Below are positions 35,974-46,406 of a stretch of DNA of 64,000 bases, piece by piece. The DNA comes from a virus. The position numbers were made by a program, and so were the translations under genes. The number at the start of each line of letters is the position of its first letter. The stretch's first letter is position 1. The stretch is taken from positions 14,478 to 78,477 of IMG/VR virus record IMGVR_UViG_3300027793_000078. One strand, written 5' to 3'. The notes beneath the pieces were generated by a model, which had not been told where the DNA came from, did not search any database, and saw only the letters and a list, made by a program, of their open reading frames with translations.

Positions 35974-36662
35974 ATGCAACGATCCATGCAGAGTTGAGCG
36001 TTAAACGGAGAGGTGGAGAAATTAGTGATTACTATGGTATCCACGACTTTATTGATTGTAGCAAAGAAGTTGAAGCTACAAATAAACATCGATTTCTTAC
36101 TCATACGATGTTTTTCGTCAAGGAAGCTATGATTCCTATTTTTGGAAATAGCATTCATATCAAAGGTGGCAAACCTGTAAATATGAAGGATATGCTTGAA
36201 CAGGATCATATTGTTGCCGATTATGGTGGCAAGTTTATTCCTACTTTGACCGATTTCACTGATGAAATTGAAGATCACGCAGATGATGAAAGTATCATTA
36301 AAGATTTTCAGAGCGACAATGCTGCATTTTTTCAAGAACATACAGATGTTTATCGTACCATGATGGCACCATTACATCTTACTGGCAAGGTCAAAGGACT
36401 ATTTGCCACGCACAATAGCTGGTTTATAGGTATTATTTTGCCGCGTATTTATCCCCATATTAAGATGGAAGTGAAAAACTACAATATCAATTGTTCGTTT
36501 TTCTTTAATCGCATGAATTACAAGGGATGGATGCAAAATGGTAAAGGTGTGCCTCCTAGTTTTGAGCGAATGGAAAACGCAAAAGTTGCTCGTAGAATTG
36601 CTTTGACACACCGTACCACAGATGATAACGTGGCAACACATAAAGCAGATTTTGGAGATTAA
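35970..36662 (+). CDS. DUF6915-like protein (internally duplicated His-rich domain)
   Basis: HAE.S....GG...DY..IHDFID.SK...HR..TH. Confidence 0.6.
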   Translation: MNATIHAELSVKRRGGEISDYYGIHDFIDCSKEVEATNKHRFLTHTMFFVKEAMIPIFGNSIHIKGGKPVNMKDMLEQDHIVADYGGKFIPTLTDFTDEIEDHADDESIIKDFQSDNAAFFQEHTDVYRTMMAPLHLTGKVKGLFATHNSWFIGIILPRIYPHIKMEVKNYNINCSFFFNRMNYKGWMQNGKGVPPSFERMENAKVARRIALTHRTTDDNVATHKADFGD

Positions 36663-36668
36663 AACAAT

Positions 36669-37073
36669 ATGAAACTCAATAAACCTGATATTAATAAAAT
36701 TAAGGAATTGTCGGAATCGGTTGAAAAGCTCACCGAGCAAGTTCATCAAATCAATGAACTTATTTTTCAATTGATTGTAAACAATATGTTTGAAGCGTAT
36801 CCCGAACTCAAGAAGTTTGCATTTACCGGATATGTACCGGGCTATAATGATGGTGAAGAGTGTACTTTTACACTTGGCACTGATTATCCAGAAATCAATG
36901 AAGATGAAAGTGATGATTATTCCAACGATGTTAATAGTCAACTTAGTGATATTGTGACTGAATATCTAAACATTCTTCCGGAAGAGTTTTATCAGTCACA
37001 TTTTGGAAGCAATTTTCGCGTGGTCGCTACCCGCGAAGGTGTAACTGTTGAAGATTACGACTGTGGCTATTAA
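36669..37073 (+). CDS. Acidic hypothetical protein (YNDG family)
   Basis: YVPGYNDGEECTF; related to 37094, 37532, 54221. Confidence 0.55.
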   Translation: MKLNKPDINKIKELSESVEKLTEQVHQINELIFQLIVNNMFEAYPELKKFAFTGYVPGYNDGEECTFTLGTDYPEINEDESDDYSNDVNSQLSDIVTEYLNILPEEFYQSHFGSNFRVVATREGVTVEDYDCGY

Positions 37074-37093
37074 CAATTAATCAATTAAATATT

Positions 37094-37531
37094 ATGACTT
37101 CATTTAAGACTGAAATTAACGCATTGTACGCGAAGCAAAAGAAGGAATTGCAGAATGCAATTACCAATTATCTGAATACCCAATTCAAGGAATTCTTTGA
37201 AAAGAATCCATCGGCAAACTTTGTAAAGATCAATGCCCAGCAAAGCTACGATGATAACAATTATTCAGATTATGTTTATAAGGATAGCGATAGCATCCAA
37301 ATCAATGCATACACTTACATGGATATTGACAATGAAGATTGGGACGATGATGAATGTGTAGAAAACACTGGTCTAACCAGAGAGCAACATGCAAATTTAG
37401 CTAGTGAAGCGTCTGCTATTTTTGATCAAATTGATGATTCAATTTTATTGACTCTCTATGGCAATTATTTTGGATTGAAGATTGATCGTCTTGGTATTAC
37501 ACTTGAATCCAGTGATATTGCAACGTACTAA
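37094..37531 (+). CDS. Acidic hypothetical protein (paralog family)
   Basis: FFEKNP...YDDNNY...YGN...I.R.GI. Confidence 0.55.
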   Translation: MTSFKTEINALYAKQKKELQNAITNYLNTQFKEFFEKNPSANFVKINAQQSYDDNNYSDYVYKDSDSIQINAYTYMDIDNEDWDDDECVENTGLTREQHANLASEASAIFDQIDDSILLTLYGNYFGLKIDRLGITLESSDIATY

Positions 37532-37960
37532 ATGAAAAATTCAACTTTTACTCCTTTAACAAAGGATTCAGTAAAAAATATGTCTAATAAAGAAATTTAT
37601 CGCAAAGTTACGAGACAAGAGCTTGAAGCCCTTGGCTTTGTGTTTCCAACGGACAAGTATAAAGAGCATATTGCATTTGCTCGTAAATATTATCCCAAGG
37701 AAGCCACTTCACTTGTGCTCGCTATTAATAGCGAATTCAATGATAACACCTATGACAATCGATTGTCGTATGTAATTGCTTACAATAAAGATGGTAATGA
37801 ATTACCTCCATTGAAAGAGACTGCAAAGGAATGCCGTCAAAAGTGGTCGGAACTTTCTATTCCCGGCATGGGAAAATATGGTTATGAATCAATGGAACAA
37901 ATTGAAGATATTGTGATTCCTTTGGCGGATAGCATTCCTGATCTGTATATCAAAATTTAA
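37532..37960 (+). CDS. Hypothetical protein
   Basis: SEFNDNTY motif. Confidence 0.5.
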   Translation: MKNSTFTPLTKDSVKNMSNKEIYRKVTRQELEALGFVFPTDKYKEHIAFARKYYPKEATSLVLAINSEFNDNTYDNRLSYVIAYNKDGNELPPLKETAKECRQKWSELSIPGMGKYGYESMEQIEDIVIPLADSIPDLYIKI

Positions 37961-38162
37961 TTTAAACACGATAGTCATAGCTGATCTGACGTAATAAGAA
38001 TTAATAAAGGTCTATTACCTGTAAACATACGAGGAATGATGCAAATTATAGGGGAAGAGTAAGCGAAACGAGAATTCCCTCTTGACTATCGTGGTTTTTT
38101 CTGTAGAGTAGTAAATCGTAGTAAGTAACAAATTAACAAAAAAATACAAACAAGATAAATAA

Positions 38163-39014
38163 ATGAATGTAAATGTCGCAAATGTTGAGTTGAATGAGTT
38201 TAGTTGGGCCGAGGGAAACAAGGGCAATTGTTTTGTTGTAGGACGCAATACTAAGGTTTTGCCGTCTGCATTTTATACAATTGCACAAAATCAGGACGGT
38301 ACATATAGCTATTATCGCCAGACTGTTAAGACTGACGAATTGATTTCGTTCAAGAATAGTATGGCTGCTGAAATTCTTGCTGAAATCGAGAATTTCTGGA
38401 ACAACGCTGATAAGTTCAAGCAATATGGATTTTTGCAGCGTCGTGGATATATGTTTTATGGACCTCCGGGTAGTGGCAAAACTGCAATTACCGAGCAGAT
38501 TGTTTCTGCTACCATCCGCAATGGTGGTGTAGCGTTCATGTGTCGCAATGATCCAGAAGATTTTGCAGAGGGACTTTCTTGGTTCCGTCGATATGAGCCG
38601 GATCGTCCAATTGTTTGTTTGTTTGAAGACATTGATAGCATCATTGACCGTTACGGTGAGAGCGATTTGCTCAGTTGCTTGGATGGTGAGAATCAGGTTG
38701 ACCATGTGCTCAACATTGCAACCACCAATTATCCTGAAGAGTTGGATAAGCGTATTATCAATCGCCCACGTCGTTTTGATCGTATTGTTAAGATTGGCTT
38801 TCCTGATGCCAAGATTCGTGAGCAATACTTTATTAACAAGCTCAAGATTGGTCCGAATGAAGTTAAGAAGTGGGTCGGTGTTACCAAAAACTTCAGTTTC
38901 GCTGCAATGACTGATTTGGTAATTAACGTCAAGTGCTTTGGTTACACTCTTGATGACAGTGCCAAGAAGGTTGCCGCAACCTTGAATGTCAAGGCGGACA
39001 GCAAGGATTTCTAA
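38163..39014 (+). CDS. AAA+ ATPase
   Basis: GPPGSGKT, FEDID, TTNYPE.LD.RI.NRP.RFD. Confidence 0.9.
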   Translation: MNVNVANVELNEFSWAEGNKGNCFVVGRNTKVLPSAFYTIAQNQDGTYSYYRQTVKTDELISFKNSMAAEILAEIENFWNNADKFKQYGFLQRRGYMFYGPPGSGKTAITEQIVSATIRNGGVAFMCRNDPEDFAEGLSWFRRYEPDRPIVCLFEDIDSIIDRYGESDLLSCLDGENQVDHVLNIATTNYPEELDKRIINRPRRFDRIVKIGFPDAKIREQYFINKLKIGPNEVKKWVGVTKNFSFAAMTDLVINVKCFGYTLDDSAKKVAATLNVKADSKDF

Positions 39015-39030
39015 AAAAATCAAATACAAA

Positions 39031-39060
39031 AAAAGCTCCATCGAAAGATGGAGCTTTTTT
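39031..39060 (+). terminator. Rho-independent terminator
   Basis: AAAAGCTCCATC-GAAA-GATGGAGCTTTT. Confidence 0.88.
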
Positions 39061-39140
39061 GTTGACGAAGTATAGAAACCTGCTAGGATCATCAGCGTAG
39101 AAAGTCGGTAACACAAAACATCTAAAAAACAAAAAATAAC

Positions 39141-39884
39141 ATGTTCGCTAATATTCTTAATCAGTTTCAGCCTATTGGTGCCAAGGAAGTTGGTATTCTT
39201 GCATCTATTATTGTCATGGACGCCGCATTGAGCGGTGACAACAGTATTGCAATCACCGCCATGACCAAGCATCTTTCAGATAATTTGCGTCAAAAGGCAA
39301 TTTATCTCGGTATGGTTCTTGCCGCATTGTTTCGATTTATTGCATTGTTTTTCACTGCGTTTATTATCAATAATCCGTGGGTGCAGATTCTTGGTGCATT
39401 GTATCTGGTTCATCTGTGCTGGTCGCATTTCCGTGAAGAGGAAGAGGAAATGGAAGGATTTGCACACAAGCAAAAGGGATTTTTCGCTACACTTGCCGCA
39501 ATCGGAATTCTTGATTTGAGTCTTTCTTTGGATAATGTTGTGGCGATTACGTCCATGACCAAGAATCTTACGGTTATTTTCATTGGTGTTGCCATGAGTA
39601 TTGCCATGTTGGCCGTTGCCACCAAGGTTACGTCATGGTTGATGAAGCGGTTTCCTAGCATTCAGGATGCAGCATATATTATTCTTGGATTTCTCGGTGT
39701 CAGTATGTTGTTGGCTCATACCAGTGAATTTCTTATTTGGGCTGGCAATCTGATTCATAAGCATCATGACAAAATTGAACATATGAAGGTTGAAATTGGT
39801 GAAATTGGTGAAATCATTGGTGTGGCGATTATTCTTGGATTCTCGTTGCTCAAGGATACCGCATTCAAGAAGGTCAAGAATTAA
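39141..39884 (+). CDS. terC: TerC-family membrane protein
   Basis: D..LSGDN...DLSLSLDNVVA; multiple TM helices. Confidence 0.88.
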   Translation: MFANILNQFQPIGAKEVGILASIIVMDAALSGDNSIAITAMTKHLSDNLRQKAIYLGMVLAALFRFIALFFTAFIINNPWVQILGALYLVHLCWSHFREEEEEMEGFAHKQKGFFATLAAIGILDLSLSLDNVVAITSMTKNLTVIFIGVAMSIAMLAVATKVTSWLMKRFPSIQDAAYIILGFLGVSMLLAHTSEFLIWAGNLIHKHHDKIEHMKVEIGEIGEIIGVAIILGFSLLKDTAFKKVKN

Positions 39885-39904
39885 CAAATTAAATATAAAA
39901 ATAT

Positions 39905-41086
39905 ATGAGTAATACTACTACTATTACCGTGGACGACAATCCTACTGTATTGTTTGGTGCCACGAACAAATCTAATATGGCAGTTGCTGCAAAGTCAGCC
40001 AATTTGAACATTGTGTTGAGTGATACTGCCAAGCAACAGGCAATGCAAATTGCAAATAGCATGCCTTTCACGTCGATGGACGAAAAGCAGGTTGTTCTGT
40101 TTGGTCATCATCTGCAAAAGGGTCTTTCTGAAAAGATGGACGTGATGTTGCAGGAAATTACCAAGGGCAACAGTCCTGTTCTTTTTGAGTTGTTTCGGCA
40201 ACTTAAGAAGGGTATCAATACAGCAAATATTGGTGAAATCGAAGCGGAAATTCGTAAAAGCATCAACAAGGGATTCTTTACCAATATTCTTGAAAGTGTT
40301 GGTCTGAGCAGCGTTGCCGGGCGCATGCAAAAGGCAAATGCCAAGATCAATGAACTAATCACCAAGAAAGCCACCACTCTACGTGAGTTGATTGGAGAAA
40401 TGGAATTGTCAATTCAAAACGAAGCCAATAAGCTAATTGAGAGCACCAGTCGATTGCATCAGTTGGGCGACAGCTATCGTGACAATATTGAGGAAGTTGG
40501 TATTTATGTCGAAGCTGGTCGTGCGATTTATAATCAGGCTTTGATCGAATATAACAAGCAATTGGAAGAAGCTAAGAACAGTCAAGATCCAGTTAAGGCT
40601 GAATCGTGCAAGCGATTCAAACAGGCACTTGACATGTTTCAAGCCCGTGTTGTTGTACTTGAAACCGCATACGCCAAGAGTCCTGTTGAAATGGAATATA
40701 TTCGACTTGGTGAAGGCGCAAGTTTGACCACACTTGGTGAAACTGCAAATACTGTGCTGGAGGAATTTAATGATATCAAGAGCACTCTTATCAAATTGAG
40801 TGTTATTCATCAAATTCAGACGGTTCAAATTATGAATCAGGAACGTCGTGAACTTCGCAAGGCATTGCAGAGTCATAGCAACGATTTGCTGGAAGATGTG
40901 GCTGTCAATGCTGAAAAGAGCAAGGGTATTCATCGATTGGAAGATGCTGAACAGTTGCTTGACATTGCCAAGAGAATCGATACAATCTATACCAAGGTTG
41001 AGGAAGAAAACAAAAACAATCAACTACGTTTTGCCGAAGCTCGTACCAAGTTGGTAGAAGCCAAGGCTATTGTCACTAAACTGTAA
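39905..41086 (+). CDS. TelA/KlaA toxic anion resistance protein
   Basis: Long helical protein, FG..LQ..LS, typical size and Ter context. Confidence 0.7.
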   Translation: MSNTTTITVDDNPTVLFGATNKSNMAVAAKSANLNIVLSDTAKQQAMQIANSMPFTSMDEKQVVLFGHHLQKGLSEKMDVMLQEITKGNSPVLFELFRQLKKGINTANIGEIEAEIRKSINKGFFTNILESVGLSSVAGRMQKANAKINELITKKATTLRELIGEMELSIQNEANKLIESTSRLHQLGDSYRDNIEEVGIYVEAGRAIYNQALIEYNKQLEEAKNSQDPVKAESCKRFKQALDMFQARVVVLETAYAKSPVEMEYIRLGEGASLTTLGETANTVLEEFNDIKSTLIKLSVIHQIQTVQIMNQERRELRKALQSHSNDLLEDVAVNAEKSKGIHRLEDAEQLLDIAKRIDTIYTKVEEENKNNQLRFAEARTKLVEAKAIVTKL

Positions 41087-41097
41087 AAAATAAATAT

Positions 41098-41718
41098 ATG
41101 GCTACGTTTAATCTGAAGAAGGGTAATAAGTTCAATATCGACAAGGGCATTCGTAATGTTCTTGTTGGAACTGGATGGAAGATTAATTCTTCCAATGGTT
41201 CTGCTTTTGATATTGATTTGAGTGTGTTTGGTTGTGTTCGTGATGTTGCTGGTAATCCTACCTTTTACAATCAGGGTTCGCATGCTGTTTGCTATGCAAA
41301 TTCTGACCTAAAGAAGGGTGCAAATAAGAGTTTGCTTACCGAAGATGGCAGCATTGCACACACTGGCGACAATCGTATTGGTGCAAATGGTACAAATACT
41401 GACGCCGAGCAGAGTGTTGTCAAGTTGAGTGATTTGCCGAGCGACATCACTGAAGTTAGCTTCTTTATTACCATTTACGAGGCAAAGAAGCGCATTCAGA
41501 AGTTTGGTTCCATCAGCGGTGCATATATTCGTGTAGTGGATATGGAGACCAACAACGAATTGTGCCGTTATGACTTGCAGAAGGAGTTTGATAATGCTAT
41601 CAGTATTCAGGTTGGTAGTCTGATTAAGGATACCGACACTGGTAGTTGGTCATTTAGCGCAGTTGGTGCTGGTAGCAATAATGAAGATTTGGGCGACATT
41701 CTTGGTAAGTTGTCCTAA
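41098..41718 (+). CDS. terD: TerD-family protein
   Basis: NLKKG...VG.GW...FDIDLS...HTGDNR.G...D.E...ITIYEA...W.F.AVG.G. Confidence 0.9.
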   Translation: MATFNLKKGNKFNIDKGIRNVLVGTGWKINSSNGSAFDIDLSVFGCVRDVAGNPTFYNQGSHAVCYANSDLKKGANKSLLTEDGSIAHTGDNRIGANGTNTDAEQSVVKLSDLPSDITEVSFFITIYEAKKRIQKFGSISGAYIRVVDMETNNELCRYDLQKEFDNAISIQVGSLIKDTDTGSWSFSAVGAGSNNEDLGDILGKLS

Positions 41719-41736
41719 AATTAAACTAGTATAAAC

Positions 41737-42612
41737 ATGACCCCGAAAACAATATTTGGAAATGCGTCTATTAAAAAGACGGATGAACCTTCTTCTACAA
41801 AGGTTACGCCTTCCGTATTGTTTTCGGGGAATGTTATTACCAAGACCGAGAAGGTGTCCAAATCAGAGCCTTCTCAAATTTTTGGAAAAACAGCAATTGT
41901 TCGCAATAGGATCAAAGTTAGTGTAGTTGATTTGAAAGATAAATATCCTAAAATCAATGATGCTGTTCTTAACAAAGCTGTAGAATTGATTTTAACTACC
42001 AATTGCGAACAAATTAATCAAACTGATATTATCAATTGGGGATATAGTGCCCAAGAAAAATATACAGATTTGGTTGAAAATATTGCAAATATCAATGGCA
42101 GTGTGTTGCTGTCGGCGACCAAACAATTGATCAATGAAATTGGAGAGTTGATTGAACTCGACACAAAAACCAATGGAATAATCAAAAAGCTATTCAATAA
42201 AAACAATACAGAAGCGATTTATCGCAAGATTGTAGTCAAAAATGAATTGCTGAAGAAAAATACAATTATGCTGCATAATCTTCTTGAAGTTATCAAGAAT
42301 TGTATGCAGAATACCATTGCGTTAGAGCACGAAATACTAGTAAATGTAATTGCCGGTAATTTCATAATGGATTTTATTCCAAATCAGTATAAAGATACAT
42401 TTACTTCACGTATTATCAGCTTGGAATCATTGAATACACAATTCAAGTTGAGTAAAAAGCAACTTGAATTGTTAGATGAAACTATCATTAAAATGATTAG
42501 TATCATTCAGGATACACTTTCTGTAGAAGTGCCTACGTGGTATAACAATAAAACTTTCGTAAATATCAGCGAGAATAAGAAACAAGAAATTCTAAATAAA
42601 ATTAAACTATGA
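41737..42612 (+). CDS. TelA-like helical protein (second paralog)
   Basis: IINWG..AQ...; VPTW near C-terminus. Confidence 0.5.
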   Translation: MTPKTIFGNASIKKTDEPSSTKVTPSVLFSGNVITKTEKVSKSEPSQIFGKTAIVRNRIKVSVVDLKDKYPKINDAVLNKAVELILTTNCEQINQTDIINWGYSAQEKYTDLVENIANINGSVLLSATKQLINEIGELIELDTKTNGIIKKLFNKNNTEAIYRKIVVKNELLKKNTIMLHNLLEVIKNCMQNTIALEHEILVNVIAGNFIMDFIPNQYKDTFTSRIISLESLNTQFKLSKKQLELLDETIIKMISIIQDTLSVEVPTWYNNKTFVNISENKKQEILNKIKL

Positions 42613-43355
42613 GCAAATTCGTACTTGAAAAGGCAGTGGAAAAGACACGATTCGTACTTGATAAAAAGCAGGTAAAGAATATCAAGGCACATATTGTGAT
42701 TGATCTGGATGTAAGCGGATCAACAAAAGACATGTATAGTCGTGGATTGTTTCAAAAGGCATTTCAGCAAGTGTTGCCTATTGGCATTCTATTTGACGAC
42801 AACCAAGAGGTTGATACGTTTACGTTTAATGATGGTGAATCACACGATCATATTACACCAAATGCCACCAAAGACAATTATAGCGATTATATTCGCAAGT
42901 ATATATTGAATAATGGTGCCGTTAAAAAGTGGGGTGGAACCGATTACGCTCCTGTATTGAAATCGAATCTTGATGAATTCAAGTTTATTCGTGAATCCAC
43001 GTCCACTAAAAAGAGCTTTTTTGGTCTTTTCAACAGCACCAAAACTGAAACCAAGCTACATTCTACAAGTGAGAGCGGATATCCTGTAATTGTATTTTTC
43101 TTTACAGATGGTGAAAACTCTGATAAAGCAGATACTCTGGAACTAATTAAAAATTGTCAAGAGAACAATGTAAATATTTATTTTCAGTTTATTGGTATTG
43201 GTAGTGGCAACTTTGAATTTCTAACAGTGCTTGCCGACCAGTTTTCAAACACTGGATTTGTAAATGTATTGGACCTTGATAAGGTTGTGGATGACGATTC
43301 GTTTATTGACATTCTGTTGAATGATGAATTGTGTGCATATCTGAAAGCTAAGTAA
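42609..43355 (+). CDS. Ter-associated vWA domain protein
   Basis: DVSGS MIDAS, GGTDYAP, FFTDGEN, FQFIGIG. Confidence 0.85.
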   Translation: MSKFVLEKAVEKTRFVLDKKQVKNIKAHIVIDLDVSGSTKDMYSRGLFQKAFQQVLPIGILFDDNQEVDTFTFNDGESHDHITPNATKDNYSDYIRKYILNNGAVKKWGGTDYAPVLKSNLDEFKFIRESTSTKKSFFGLFNSTKTETKLHSTSESGYPVIVFFFTDGENSDKADTLELIKNCQENNVNIYFQFIGIGSGNFEFLTVLADQFSNTGFVNVLDLDKVVDDDSFIDILLNDELCAYLKAK

Positions 43356-43359
43356 ATAT

Positions 43360-43956
43360 ATGAGTAATACGTTCTTTACTAGCGATACGCATTTCCACCA
43401 CGCGAATATAATTCGTTATAGTAATCGTCCATTTCGAGATAGTGTCGAAATGAACAATAAACTAATTGAAAACTGGAATGCAGTTGTTCAGCCGGACGAT
43501 CTAATTTATCATTTGGGCGACTTCAGCTTTGGTCGTGACGATTATCTATTTGAAAGTGTAATTAATAGATTGAATGGATACATTGTGTTTATTGAAGGCA
43601 ATCACGACAAGCTTGCCAGACGCAATAAACATAGATTTTACAATTATCACTATGGATATTGTGAAACCACAGTAAATGGACAATTTATTGTAATGTCGCA
43701 TTATCCGATGGTTGTGTGGAACAAAAAGCATCATGGTAGTTGGATGCTTTGTGGACATACACATTATAATTTGCCAGTTTCCAGAACTGATAGCAAAGAA
43801 CTTGGTAAATTGTTGGATGTGGGAGTTGATGGAAACGACTATAAACCCTATAGTTTTGATGATTTGGTTAAAATCATGAATAATAAGCCATTGCTTCCAT
43901 CCAATTCATTGTATAGCGACCATCATGGACGCAACAGCAGCGATGCCGCCGAATAA
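43360..43956 (+). CDS. Calcineurin-like metallophosphoesterase
   Basis: SDTHFHH, HLGDF, GNHD, HYP, GHTH, VGVD. Confidence 0.88.
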   Translation: MSNTFFTSDTHFHHANIIRYSNRPFRDSVEMNNKLIENWNAVVQPDDLIYHLGDFSFGRDDYLFESVINRLNGYIVFIEGNHDKLARRNKHRFYNYHYGYCETTVNGQFIVMSHYPMVVWNKKHHGSWMLCGHTHYNLPVSRTDSKELGKLLDVGVDGNDYKPYSFDDLVKIMNNKPLLPSNSLYSDHHGRNSSDAAE

Positions 43957-44001
43957 AGAAAGTTATTGACTTTCGATAGAACCATGATAACGTCTTTCCA
44001 G

Positions 44002-44391
44002 ATGAATAAACATCTGGAAAGGCGAACTATTGATTTAGCAAAAGCGATGTGTCCTCTTAATATTGAAAGGAGGACAAGTCACGTCGCGTTCTTGGTAAAG
44101 AAAGGCAAAATTGTACATATTGGAATCAATCTTGCAAAGAGTCATCCGATTACAAAGGGCCACAATTACAAAGATTATCAACATACAGGTATTCACGCTG
44201 AAGTGAATGCGTGTCTTAAAAGCGGCAAAGAAAATCTAAATAAATATAAATTAATTGTTGTTCGAATCGGTCGTAATAACGATATTAAAAACAGTAAACC
44301 TTGTATTGGATGTCAGGGAATAATTCATCAATTTAATATTGGTGAAGTTTGGTATAGCACCGATGGCGGCACTTTTGAAAAGATGAAGTAG
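44002..44391 (+). CDS. Cytidine/dCMP deaminase-superfamily protein
   Basis: HVAFLV...HAEV...SKPCIGC. Confidence 0.75.
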   Translation: MNKHLERRTIDLAKAMCPLNIERRTSHVAFLVKKGKIVHIGINLAKSHPITKGHNYKDYQHTGIHAEVNACLKSGKENLNKYKLIVVRIGRNNDIKNSKPCIGCQGIIHQFNIGEVWYSTDGGTFEKMK

Positions 44392-44433
44392 GTACTTGAC
44401 TACAACCCATAAACTGCTAACATAGACACGTAT

Positions 44434-45585
44434 ATGAACAAGACTTTTCCTACTCTTTACGCAAAAGACAGCAACAACAATACCCGTATTTGGTACATGG
44501 AACAAACGGGCCGTTTGTATCGAACTCACAGTGGAGTCAAAAATGGACAAATTGTAACTAGCGAGTGGAGCACTGCCGAAGCCAAAAACGTAGGCAAGAA
44601 AAATGCAACAAGTGCAAGTGAACAAGCCACTGCCGAAATTGAAGCGAAGTATAAAAAGCAATTAAAGACTGGCTATCATGAAGATGAAGCTGATGCTGCA
44701 TCTGGCACCAATTATGTTGAGCCGATGTTGGCAAAGCCTTTGAAGGATTTGAGCAAAAAGCCAAATTTCCAAAAAGAAACTTGGGGTATGCAATGTAAAT
44801 ATAACGGCAATCGTTGTGTTGCTACCAAGAATGGATTATTCACCCGCAAAGGTGAAAAGTATGCAAGTGTGCCACACATTGAAAACGCACTTAAGCCATT
44901 TTTTGACAAGCACCCTGATGCTGTGCTTGATGGTGAATTGTTTAATAACGAGCTTCGTCAGCAGCTAAATGAAATTAGCAAGCTGATTCGCAAGACCAAG
45001 CATATTCAAGCCTGTGATTTGGAGCAGAGTGAAAAGCTTGTAAAATTCTATATTTACGATGGATATGGATTTACGTCGTCCACCTATGATTTTAGTGAAA
45101 CCGCTCCTTATAATGTTCGTAAAGCATTTATTGATGGTAATGTAATTCCGCATTCTGATTATTTTGTGAAAGTGACGACGCACATCGTCAAATCCGAAGA
45201 GCATATGAACGAACTGTTTAAAACTCTTCTATCGGATCAACAGGAAGGCGGCATGCTTCGCAAGATGGACAGTGGCTATGAACACAAGCGCAGCAAGAAT
45301 CTTGTAAAAGTAAAAGCTGAAGACGATGATGAAGCTGTAATTCTTGATATTACAGATGGTGATGGCAATTGGAAGGGTGCCGCAACAAATGTTACGCTCA
45401 AATGGAAAGATATTACATTTGATGCTGTTTTCAAGGGTAGCTATGAAGTTCGTGCTGCAATTCTTAAAAATAAAAATAAATGGATTGGCAAGACTGTTAC
45501 CTTTTTGTATATGGGCTTGACTGGTTTGGGAACTCCAAATTATGCCCGTATTGATCCCGATAATTGTTTCAAAGCTGATCGATAA
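44434..45585 (+). CDS. ATP-dependent DNA ligase
   Basis: PMLA, KYNGNRC (KxDG-like), LDGELF, EGGMLR, KRSKNLVKVK. Confidence 0.88.
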   Translation: MNKTFPTLYAKDSNNNTRIWYMEQTGRLYRTHSGVKNGQIVTSEWSTAEAKNVGKKNATSASEQATAEIEAKYKKQLKTGYHEDEADAASGTNYVEPMLAKPLKDLSKKPNFQKETWGMQCKYNGNRCVATKNGLFTRKGEKYASVPHIENALKPFFDKHPDAVLDGELFNNELRQQLNEISKLIRKTKHIQACDLEQSEKLVKFYIYDGYGFTSSTYDFSETAPYNVRKAFIDGNVIPHSDYFVKVTTHIVKSEEHMNELFKTLLSDQQEGGMLRKMDSGYEHKRSKNLVKVKAEDDDEAVILDITDGDGNWKGAATNVTLKWKDITFDAVFKGSYEVRAAILKNKNKWIGKTVTFLYMGLTGLGTPNYARIDPDNCFKADR

Positions 45586-45938
45586 AATTATGAAAATTCA
45601 AAAAATGATCATTCAAACTAGTTGTCACGAATTCCAAGATAGTGTAAATACACACCTTTCAGCAGGATGGACTGTTGTGGTTGGTACTTTTCAAATCTGT
45701 GGTATTGGAGAGCATGAAGATTATGAATTTCGATATGGCGTTGTGTTAGAAAAAAATAACAATTAATTTATGCATTCTTCTTCATACGGAAAAACTACGT
45801 TTGTCTACAATAGTGATTACAGTGGTCCAATAGTTATTGTAGCCAATGGACACAGTATTGAAACTGATATTAAAGCGATTGAGCAATTTATCGAAAATAA
45901 AAAACGTATGGAAAAAATTGCTAAATTGGAGAATGGCG

Positions 45939-46406
45939 ATGAAATTGTTTAAATGGGTAAAAGAAATTCGTAGTAAAAATGGCGTATTGCATTTTAAGCG
46001 ATTCGCCATAGTTGAAACTTCATATTTCTCTGTGTATTGGCATAAAATCTATCAACACGACAAAGATTTGCACATGCACAGTCATCCATGGGCATTTTTC
46101 GGAATTATCATCAAAGGATCATATGTTGAAGAATACTTGAAGAAATCCTCAATTGGCAATATTTTTTGGCCTATTGGTATCAGTTTAAGCAGTGCTTATC
46201 GAACCAAGAGACCATTTAGTATTGGTTTTGGTGGCCGTAAATATTTTCATCGTATTCATAGAATCGAAAATGGTCCTGTTACCAGTTTGTTTTTTACATT
46301 TGGAAAACACCAAAATTGGTATTATAGAACTTCTTTAGGAAGAGACGGTTTGATTGAAAGCGAAGAATATCGTAAGTTAAAACACGAAGGTAAATTACCC
46401 AATTAA
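45939..46406 (+). CDS. Cupin-like protein
   Basis: HMHSHPW.F...I.KG.Y.E...FHRI. Confidence 0.65.
   Translation: MKLFKWVKEIRSKNGVLHFKRFAIVETSYFSVYWHKIYQHDKDLHMHSHPWAFFGIIIKGSYVEEYLKKSSIGNIFWPIGISLSSAYRTKRPFSIGFGGRKYFHRIHRIENGPVTSLFFTFGKHQNWYYRTSLGRDGLIESEEYRKLKHEGKLPN

Noticed and set aside
38133-39272. 379-aa minus-strand ORF (and similar antisense ORFs over cca, telA, nadE, trmH and the Ser-rich gene)
   Set aside because: Shadows of well-supported + strand genes with biased codon usage; no motifs of their own
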